Shown piece by piece: positions 26,166 through 33,891 of a stretch of DNA of 64,000 nt (position 1 is the stretch's first letter; the number at the start of each line of letters is the position of its first letter). The notes under the pieces were generated by a model that ran no database searches, had not been told where the DNA came from, and saw only the letters and a program-made list of their open reading frames with translations. The DNA comes from Escherichia coli (GTDB lineage Bacteria; Pseudomonadota; Gammaproteobacteria; Enterobacterales; Enterobacteriaceae), in NCBI RefSeq assembly GCF_030013595.1, contig NZ_CP122768.1; one strand, given 5' to 3'. The translations under genes and the position numbers were made by a program.

Positions 26166-26432
26166 ATGATGAGCTTTCAGAAGATCTATAGCCCAACGCA
26201 ATTAGCGAATGCAATGAAACTGGTTCGTCAGCAAAATGGCTGGACGCAGAGCGAGCTGGCGAAAAAAATTGGTATTAAGCAGGCGACGATTTCCAATTTC
26301 GAAAACAACCCTGACAATACCACGCTGACGACCTTTTTTAAGATTTTACAGTCGCTTGAACTCTCAATGACGCTATGCGACGCGAAAAATGCCTCGCCAG
26401 AATCAACAGAACAGCAAGATCTGGAGTGGTAA
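26166..26432 (+). CDS. hipB: Antitoxin/repressor HipB (88 aa, XRE-type HTH)
   Basis: MMSFQKIYSPTQLANAMKLVRQQNGWTQSELAKKIGIKQATISNFENNPDN...; the ORF track starts at an upstream TTG, the true start is the ATG at 26166. Confidence 0.9.
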   Translation: MMSFQKIYSPTQLANAMKLVRQQNGWTQSELAKKIGIKQATISNFENNPDNTTLTTFFKILQSLELSMTLCDAKNASPESTEQQDLEW

Positions 26433-27242
26433 TGCCTAAACTTGTCACTTGGATGAACAACCAGCGGGTAGGCGAGTTAACGAAGTTAGCCAACGGCGCG
26501 CACACCTTTAAGTATGCACCGGAGTGGTTAGCCAGCCGTTATGCCAGACCGTTGTCACTTTCGCTGCCATTGCAGAGGGGGAATATCACCTCTGATGCCG
26601 TATTTAACTTCTTCGATAACCTGTTACCCGATAGCCCGATTGTACGTGACCGGATCGTTAAACGTTATCATGCCAAATCCAGACAACCGTTTGATTTATT
26701 GTCAGAAATAGGGCGAGACAGCGTTGGTGCCGTGACGTTAATACCCGAAGACGAAACCGTAACGCATCCGATAATGGCATGGGAAAAGCTTACTGAAGCC
26801 AGACTTGAAGAAGTATTAACGGCTTATAAAGCAGATATCCCTCTGGGCATGATTAGAGAAGAAAATGACTTTTATTCAGGCTGGCGGCAGTTATCGACTC
26901 ACGCCATTTTACGACATCATTTCAGCATTTCCGGTATTGGGTGGCGCAGGAATACACATCAGCGATCTCAAACTGGCAATGGGGCTTAACGCATCCAAAG
27001 GCAAAAAAACGGCAATCGATAAAATTTATCCGCGACATTTTCTGGCGACAGCAAAGTTGCTGAAATTTCCGGAAGTGCAGATGCATGAAATCCTGAGTGA
27101 CTTTGCCAGAATGATTCCGGCAGCACTGGATAACGTGAAGACTTCATTACCGACAGATTTTCCGGAGAACGTGGTGACGGCAGTTGAAACCAATGTGTTG
27201 AGGTTGCACCGTCGGTTAAGCCGAGAATACGGTATTAAGTAA
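26432..27242 (+). pseudogene. hipA: hipA toxin kinase gene with an internal out-of-frame deletion (about 0.5 kb missing)
   Basis: N-terminal 150 residues (MPKLVTWMNNQRVGELTK...GMIREENDF) then the frame breaks near 26870-26878; the C-terminal 125 residues (FIQAGGSYRLTPFYDIISAF...LSREYGIK) continue in a different frame. Locus is 811 bp versus about 1323 bp for intact hipA. Confidence 0.8.
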
Positions 27243-27461
27243 GATATGGGGTTTGGCCGTTGTTAATGAGCAGGACAATCATGACCGCCAACGACTGGAT
27301 TCTCCCTTGGTTTATGTTGGTGCGCATAATGTATATTATGTTAAATAGCCTACGATGGTAAACAACTTCATAAATCTCCATTGCCTTTCACGAAATCAAC
27401 AGGTTAACGATTTCTAACATCCCTCCCATTTCTTGCGTTAGGTGTAGAGTACATTTACTTC

Positions 27462-28280
27462 ATGTCCGCATCAACAATGAGGTTATCTATGTACTCGCTC
27501 AACCAACTAGTTGCCATCAACCACAAACGGCAATGGATTCTGATGGACACGGAAACCTGCTTACCGTTGTTGTACCCACTCAGATATCACATCGATCATT
27601 TGGCTTTTCGTTCATTGTCCACGCAGTCTGCTTCGCTGCAGGCCGTTAAGTTCTTTTACGAATTTTGGTTGCAGAAACACGGCGTCACGTTTTGCTATAG
27701 CTTCTATGCTTCTGGCCACAACCCGTGCATTGCTATTGAGGAAATGTCGGCATTTTCTCACTATCTGGAGAATGGTCGCGTAAGCCAATCAAATTTATTG
27801 GCATTCACTCCAGTCTCCACTTCCCATAGTTTTATCAACGCAGCGCGATTTCGTGCAGTAGCGCAGTTTATTGCTTTTTTGATTAACACGTATGTATCGC
27901 CGGTATATCGGGATGATTCTCCCAAAGCATTATCACTCCAGGCTTCCCGGTTACATACTCGCCTGCGCTTTTGTCGTGACAGTTATCGAGCGTTAACACC
28001 GGGAAAGCATTCTAACCATCGTCATATCCATCAGGGGTTTCAGAGTATGAACCGTGAAATGGTGATCAGTCTGTACACGATTATTGCTCCCTGCTCTAGC
28101 CAAAAATATAACCCATTAAATCCCTTCCCCACCAGAAACACCCAGTTTCGCAACTTTTTGATTATTCGCCTGTTACTGAATTATGGATTGCGAATAGGTG
28201 AATTATTGCTGTTGGAATGCAATTCTATAAAATCAAATATAAAAAAGGATAAGTTTAGTTTGATTGTAACTACAACTTGA
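27462..28280 (+). CDS. Tyrosine recombinase, N-terminal part (Tn554 TnpA-like / GInt integrase 1); probably disrupted
   Basis: 272-aa ORF ending shortly after a box-I-like segment (FLIIRLLLNYGLRIGELLLLECNSI); the catalytic C-terminal motifs are in the next ORF. Confidence 0.55.
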   Translation: MSASTMRLSMYSLNQLVAINHKRQWILMDTETCLPLLYPLRYHIDHLAFRSLSTQSASLQAVKFFYEFWLQKHGVTFCYSFYASGHNPCIAIEEMSAFSHYLENGRVSQSNLLAFTPVSTSHSFINAARFRAVAQFIAFLINTYVSPVYRDDSPKALSLQASRLHTRLRFCRDSYRALTPGKHSNHRHIHQGFQSMNREMVISLYTIIAPCSSQKYNPLNPFPTRNTQFRNFLIIRLLLNYGLRIGELLLLECNSIKSNIKKDKFSLIVTTT

Positions 28281-28305
28281 ATTTAGTCACTCTGCACCGT
28301 TTTAT

Positions 28306-28947
28306 GTGTCCAGGTCGATTAACCAGGTCATCCTTAGTTTCAGTCCGCCAGATTATCAGGCCGCCGTAGCGCGTGGCGAAGCGGCTCTACCAATTATTAC
28401 GCCGACCGACTTGCGCCACAACGTGGGGCACTCACTGGCTATGCAAGGGGTCAGCGCCGAGGAAATCGCGCATATTCTGGGACATACCTCCCTTACTGTT
28501 GCCAAGTATTACATTTTGGCGACACCTGCGCTGGCACTGATTCGAGCCAAAGCGTTGGGTACCAATCCGGTATGGCAAAATATGGTAGCTATGATGTTGA
28601 CTGGTGAACTGACCTCTTCAACGAAATGGCAAGGCCAGCGCGTGGTCGGCATAATCGGTGATCAGTTGCATGATGGGATTGGTGGTTGCTCCAGAGATAA
28701 TGGCGACTGCCCGTTCAGTGAAGTACGCTGCTGCTACGGCTGCCTGTATTATCGCCCCTTTACTGATGGTGACCATCAGGCTGTGCTGGAGAGTGTAGTT
28801 AAAGAAGTCGATGAATTGATCTCCATTTCAGACAGTGTTGGTAACGCCCGCAATCCACTTATTTCCATCCATGAAACCACACAATTTGAAATTCAATCCG
28901 TGATTGCCCGTTGCCGCTTTCGTCAGGAAAAAGGCGGTGTGCGATGA
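28306..28947 (+). CDS. Tyrosine recombinase, C-terminal part (catalytic box II); continuation of the previous ORF
   Basis: Contains DLRHNVGHSLAMQGVSAEEIAHILGHTSLTVAKYY (R-H...H...Y catalytic signature). Separated from the upstream ORF by about 25 nt with a stop; the R-to-HxxR spacing looks shorter than usual. Confidence 0.55.
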   Translation: MSRSINQVILSFSPPDYQAAVARGEAALPIITPTDLRHNVGHSLAMQGVSAEEIAHILGHTSLTVAKYYILATPALALIRAKALGTNPVWQNMVAMMLTGELTSSTKWQGQRVVGIIGDQLHDGIGGCSRDNGDCPFSEVRCCYGCLYYRPFTDGDHQAVLESVVKEVDELISISDSVGNARNPLISIHETTQFEIQSVIARCRFRQEKGGVR

Positions 28948-31310
28948 AAAAATATTTTGCGCAGTTTCACGCCTTTATCACCGAGCAGCAAAGCTGGTTT
29001 GAACAGCATCTGGCGACAGACTTCGAGCAGTCATGGGATGATCCTGTCTGGGTCTGCGGCAGCAATGGTAGTGGCTGGTTACGTGGTAATGGCAAAAATA
29101 AATTACGCTTTGATGAAATCAGCCGTACCAAAGGTATTGAGGGGCGCCATGCAGTGGCAGAAGACTATGCCCGGTTTATGAAAGCCCTGCTGGTACTAGT
29201 GTATCGGAGGCGAAATCGTAGCATATCCCCAGCGGTGGCTGTGGCAACGCTGATGATTTTGAAGCGCTGGTACCACTCGCTATTTGAGATGACCGGGCAA
29301 ACTCACCCAGTGTATCTAACCACCGGGGTAATTCAACGGTCAATGGATAGCCTCAGCGCAGCTTCGTCTCCAGGGGATCCCAATACCGCCAATTACAAAG
29401 GACGCTGTGTCAGTCTGCAAAAAATGGTTAATCACCAGTCATTCACGCTGGTGACACTGCAATATGTGTCTGATGCACAATATACCAATCAAACCAACCT
29501 GACCCGCAAAGCCCGGGAAACCATGGCTCTGAAACAGCAGGACAAGCTGACAGATACCACTACCGATGGTGAAGAGGCGTTGATTACCATTCGCGGTTTT
29601 CTGAACATCGTCGAATTAATCCAGCGGGTGGAAAGTGATGCTGAGAAAATTGCGTTAAATTGCCTGTTGTTATTGGTTATCACCGGCTTTCGCTCCATTG
29701 AAGCGTTTAATCTCAGACAGGATGCGCTGTTTAAACGCCAGATTGATGATCCGGCAATCCGCAAGCGGTTTCAGGACAAGGGATTACCCGATTATTTCCT
29801 TGGTATCCGTTATATTGGTGTCAAAGGTGCTGGGGAGCGAACGCATTGGGTAGAACCGCTGGCTGTACCGCTGGTCGAGAGTATATTCAGTTCCGTTAAA
29901 ATATTGACCGCACCAAAACGCAGTCATCTGACCTATCTACGGGAGAAATCTTTTACTGATTACCTGCCACAGGCCATCAGCGCCCTACCCGGTGAACAAG
30001 TTGAACTGGATGATGTGGTGACGTACATCACACAAACCGCCTCAAGTTTTCGTGGCCGGGCAGGACAACGAGACAAAACATCCAAAGCCCTCAACAAACG
30101 AGGTGTGCTGCCCGTTCTAGAAATGCCAGGGCCGAAAAACAGCAAATCTATCTATTATTCCAAGACTGACCTTAATCATTACATCAAGACCGAATTTGGC
30201 CTGACGGATGCCAACGAACCCTGTACGCACGCCTGGATGGAAAATGGCAAACGTTACGAAGTTAACTACGAAGACCTGTTATTTCTACATGAGAAGGGTT
30301 CGCTGGCATTAAAGCGCACACTGGCTTTGCTGGCTATACCGATACCATTCACTAACACACTTATGAATAAATTTTTAGGCAATGTTGAGCCTGATGGATC
30401 AGTATTCAGCAAATATCAATTACTGGAAGAGAATGGTACCCCCACCCGGATGCGTACCCACATTCCCCGGCACAACATCAATACCTTTCTTGCTATTGCG
30501 GATATCTCTGACCACTTACAGGCAATGTTGATGGGGCGAGTGGACATCACGCAGAATCAGCACTATCAACATCTGGCGCTTGCAGAACGGCGAAAAGCAG
30601 CCTCGTTGGTGCCCTTGCAGCCGATATCGACAGCACTAACTGCCGCGCCCTCTTCGTCCTCCATTGCTACGCCACTGGAAATCGTCAAACGGACCGGCCA
30701 ACTGGCGGTCACGAAACACATGACTTTGGACAATACCATCAAAGCCAACCTGCATACTTTTGACGATCGGGATGATGTAGCCAGGTTTGTCGAGGCGTCA
30801 TTTGCTGACGGCCTCTTTGAAGATGTTGCTGCCGCCTTTGAAGAAATCCGCGACGCAGAAGGACCAGAGCAAGCCTCTGCCATGGTGGCAAGACATGCCG
30901 TGATGTATCCGCTGAAATTTGGCTCCTGTATGCGGGAAGTTAACCTCTGGGGATGTCCTTATCGACTGAAATGCCAGAGTGCTGCCTTTTGTGAACATTT
31001 CACGCTGACAGGCCGGATAGATGAGCTACCCAATCTGATTGCCAAAAAACAGGCGTTACAGCAAGCACATTCGAAGTTGACCCAACTTACACAACATCAG
31101 CCTGACTACCAGACCAGACTGGCCGACATCGAACGACGGTTACAGCAACTCGAGGCAATACAAGCACAATGGCAGCGTCGTGCCAAGACTCAACAACTGG
31201 TTGCTGCGGAGAGTGTGTTGTCTGGTGGAGTAATCACCGAGGGCAAAGTCCGTACACTGGCCCAGCTTTTTGCACTTGAATACCAACAATTGATGCAGGA
31301 GAACGACTGA
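28944..31310 (+). CDS. Large tyrosine recombinase (Tn554 TnpB-like / GInt integrase 2), about 788 aa
   Basis: Box I-like LLLLVITGFRSIEAFNLRQD and box II-like THIPRHNINTFLAIADISDHLQAMLMGRVDITQNQHYQHL; ATG at 28944 overlaps the upstream stop (ATGA), suggesting translational coupling. Confidence 0.65.
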   Translation: MKKYFAQFHAFITEQQSWFEQHLATDFEQSWDDPVWVCGSNGSGWLRGNGKNKLRFDEISRTKGIEGRHAVAEDYARFMKALLVLVYRRRNRSISPAVAVATLMILKRWYHSLFEMTGQTHPVYLTTGVIQRSMDSLSAASSPGDPNTANYKGRCVSLQKMVNHQSFTLVTLQYVSDAQYTNQTNLTRKARETMALKQQDKLTDTTTDGEEALITIRGFLNIVELIQRVESDAEKIALNCLLLLVITGFRSIEAFNLRQDALFKRQIDDPAIRKRFQDKGLPDYFLGIRYIGVKGAGERTHWVEPLAVPLVESIFSSVKILTAPKRSHLTYLREKSFTDYLPQAISALPGEQVELDDVVTYITQTASSFRGRAGQRDKTSKALNKRGVLPVLEMPGPKNSKSIYYSKTDLNHYIKTEFGLTDANEPCTHAWMENGKRYEVNYEDLLFLHEKGSLALKRTLALLAIPIPFTNTLMNKFLGNVEPDGSVFSKYQLLEENGTPTRMRTHIPRHNINTFLAIADISDHLQAMLMGRVDITQNQHYQHLALAERRKAASLVPLQPISTALTAAPSSSSIATPLEIVKRTGQLAVTKHMTLDNTIKANLHTFDDRDDVARFVEASFADGLFEDVAAAFEEIRDAEGPEQASAMVARHAVMYPLKFGSCMREVNLWGCPYRLKCQSAAFCEHFTLTGRIDELPNLIAKKQALQQAHSKLTQLTQHQPDYQTRLADIERRLQQLEAIQAQWQRRAKTQQLVAAESVLSGGVITEGKVRTLAQLFALEYQQLMQEND

Positions 31311-31744
31311 TGCGCGGCAAGGAACTGGACACACTGATCGAGCACGAATTACAACTGATGCTGGTTGAAGGCTTTGACAAGTCCCCTATTTCCGCCAAGG
31401 CCCTGCATATTCGGCTCAAGGCAAAAGGTATCGTTAACGGTGGTTTAAGTACGCTGAGCAGCCTTGAGCGAAAACGCCTAATTGCTGCCTATGTTGATCA
31501 GCAACTTGGCCCATTGAATCTACGCCCAAAAGAAAAACAGCAATACGTCAACCGCAAAACCCGTCAGGCCTTGCTGGCCAGAAACCAGCAGTTGCAGGCG
31601 GAAGTCAGTGAGCTGCGAGACCAACTGGCGCAGAATACCCTGTCGTTGATAGAAATTGTCAAAGCGGTAAAAATCAATACAGTTATTCCGGTGGAAAGTC
31701 TGTTGGCTAAACATGTAATTCGGGAGTTACACAAGTCGTTATAA
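31310..31744 (+). CDS. Small coiled-coil protein (Tn554 TnpC-like / GInt accessory protein)
   Basis: 144-aa ORF whose ATG overlaps the upstream stop (TGATG); predicted coiled-coil (QQLQAEVSELRDQLAQNTLSL). Third gene of a recombinase-recombinase-small protein module. Confidence 0.5.
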   Translation: MRGKELDTLIEHELQLMLVEGFDKSPISAKALHIRLKAKGIVNGGLSTLSSLERKRLIAAYVDQQLGPLNLRPKEKQQYVNRKTRQALLARNQQLQAEVSELRDQLAQNTLSLIEIVKAVKINTVIPVESLLAKHVIRELHKSL

Positions 31745-31908
31745 TGCTGACATAGGAATATTTCGCCGACAGTTTCCCGGTTGTCGGCGAAATGCTGATT
31801 GTAATTTTTCGGCAAAGGGCATGGACGATTTCTTTTCGTTATTCTGCATATTGCTTACCTTCCCAAATTTCTCCAACCGTTAGTTGGAGAAATTAGATGG
31901 GTCGTAAA

Positions 31909-32103
31909 TCATGAATAAACGCCTTGATCTATTCGAAAAATGAGAATTGCAACTTTCAACGCCCCCTCTTCTGAGTCCATTATCTCAGAGGACGCTTTCC
32001 ACTGTAATGCTCTGTTTGGTTCATTGCACCAGTTTAATGCTGCACTTTCGTTACCTTCAAAAAGATCAATAGCCTTTTGTATAACATCATTTTTTGTCAG
32101 CAT
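31909..32103 (-). CDS. DUF2384-like (Xre/MbcA/ParS antitoxin toxin-binding domain) fragment, likely the frameshifted C-terminus of the upstream XRE protein
   Basis: ...AALNWCNEPNRALQWKASSEIMDSEEGALKVAILIFRIDQGVYS resembles the DUF2384 C-terminal signature; overlaps the XRE ORF by 17 nt across an A6 tract (T6 at 32090-32095 on the + strand). Confidence 0.45.
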   Translation of the reverse strand: MLTKNDVIQKAIDLFEGNESAALNWCNEPNRALQWKASSEIMDSEEGALKVAILIFRIDQGVYS

Positions 32104-32419
32104 GTTTTACACCTGAAGACGTTTTGAGTGCTTCGATAAGGCTACTTCGCTCTTCCTCTGTCATCCGAGATATGAGTAATGCAAGTTCTGCTGTTGTCTG
32201 ATCATCACAAAAAAGGTAGTTCAACGGCACGTTTAACTCTGCTGCCATCCGTCGAAGCGTATCAATATCGGGGACATGGCGTCCTTTCTCATAATGATTC
32301 ATACGACTGCTAGCCGATGCAGGATCAAAGCCAACAAGGAGACCCAGAGAGCGCTGTGATAAACCAGCCCTGCATCTCGCTTCCTTAAGTCGTTCTGGTA
32401 TCGGATTTTTTTCAGACAC
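32087..32419 (-). CDS. XRE-family HTH DNA-binding protein (110 aa)
   Basis: HTH signature LKEARCRAGLSQRSLGLLVGFDPASASSRMNHYEKGRHVPDIDTLRRMAAELNV. Confidence 0.7.
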   Translation of the reverse strand: MSEKNPIPERLKEARCRAGLSQRSLGLLVGFDPASASSRMNHYEKGRHVPDIDTLRRMAAELNVPLNYLFCDDQTTAELALLISRMTEEERSSLIEALKTSSGVKHADKK

Positions 32420-32503
32420 TGATTCATCTTCATTGGCCTCGAATGCTTAGATTGTCTAAGTATCTGCCATTGTTGTATACTTAGCAATCCTAAGTTAATA
32501 GCC

Positions 32504-33076
32504 TTGTTTTGTCATATGAATAGCCGAGTAACCAACCCTGAGTCGTACATATTTTCTGCAATCATCTTAATTGGCAAAGATAACTTCACCAGTAACGAAG
32601 TAGCAAAAATTCTTATCGAGCGATTTTCACTTCCGAAAAATTATTTAAAGGCAAAAGCTTTTGCTTATAACCAAATTCAATCCCTGGTTAGAAAAGGATT
32701 ATTAAACAAAGTAAGAAAAACAGGCGTGTATCAATATTTATACTCAGTCACAGCAGAATTCAATGTCGCAATAGAGTGCGTGAAATTAATTGAGGCAACC
32801 CCAAAGTCTTCCTGTCAACTTGTTTCAAGTGCTACCAACCATGAACACAGAAATGTAAATATCCAAATAAAGTCTCTTATTGAAAAATACAGCAGTGAAT
32901 TGGCGAAAGTATCAGGAGCAAAGGAGATTTATGAGGAATTGATAGTTGCTGTGCCGAGCAGGGAAAATGAATTCAGGAAGCTTTCTCTTGAACAAGAGAA
33001 AAAACACATCAAGATAAATGAAAAAATAAATACATTAATTGGAATTATTAATCAATCTCTTGCAGTAAGGCAATGA
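32504..33076 (+). CDS. Hypothetical protein (190 aa), AT-rich, divergent from the XRE gene
   Basis: Open frame only; lysine-rich with a possible N-terminal winged-helix-like segment and C-terminal coiled coil. No family recognised. Confidence 0.5.
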   Translation: MFCHMNSRVTNPESYIFSAIILIGKDNFTSNEVAKILIERFSLPKNYLKAKAFAYNQIQSLVRKGLLNKVRKTGVYQYLYSVTAEFNVAIECVKLIEATPKSSCQLVSSATNHEHRNVNIQIKSLIEKYSSELAKVSGAKEIYEELIVAVPSRENEFRKLSLEQEKKHIKINEKINTLIGIINQSLAVRQ

Positions 33077-33891
33077 ATTTTAGCAAGTATTTGAAGCTAA
33101 ATGGAGTCATGAAAAAGAGAGGGCAAAGCCGAACTCCGCCCTCTCCCGTCAAGCACTGATATATCTCATTAAAATGAGATTAACAGCGCGCACTCCTATA
33201 TGCTAGTCGTATATAAATATAATGTCAGCCAGTCCCGGATGCAACTCTTTAATGAAGTTCAGTACTCTCTTTTTTTAGTTATCGAAATGATAGTTGGTAC
33301 AAGGGAACACACGAAGAGGAAAATTGCGATGACTTTGACGCAGAGCATGTTGAGTCTATTATTGCGACCCTCGAAGCTCTGGATGCGTTAGATTTACGCC
33401 ACGGAAGATGGACTGTAAGTATCCCTCCAATAGTGCGACTCACTTACCCAGATTGTAAGTTCAAACGGTCGAAGGCACTAGATTCTGATAAGAATTTGAG
33501 GCGCATGAGTACAGGCATTCGATTGTCAGCTTCTGGGTAGTTGTGGGAATTCTGCTCAAAGTGCCGCTGGCCAAAACATATTGGGCGCTGGTCTGTGGCG
33601 GCAAAATGGTGTCACGTAAAAGATACAGATGTTCCAGTCTATTTTTGCCCAATAACGTGCCCCGGGTTCAGTTTTTTTGCTCGGGACTAAAACGCTTATC
33701 CAGATCAGCCGCCAGCTGTTCAATACTCTTCGTTGAGCCTTTATAAATATACCAATCAAACTGTTAAAAACTCGTTCAAATTCGACCAAATATTATTACT
33801 GGCTGATATTAGTTCGGTTAGGCAAAGCGCAACAAACAACTAAGAAGTGCGCCTCAAAAAATTAATTGTAAGGCGCCCCCCTAAAACACAT

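Noticed and set aside
31564-31815. 83-aa minus-strand ORF overlapping the 3' end of the TnpC-like gene
   Set aside because: Antisense to a better-supported coupled gene and without recognisable motifs.
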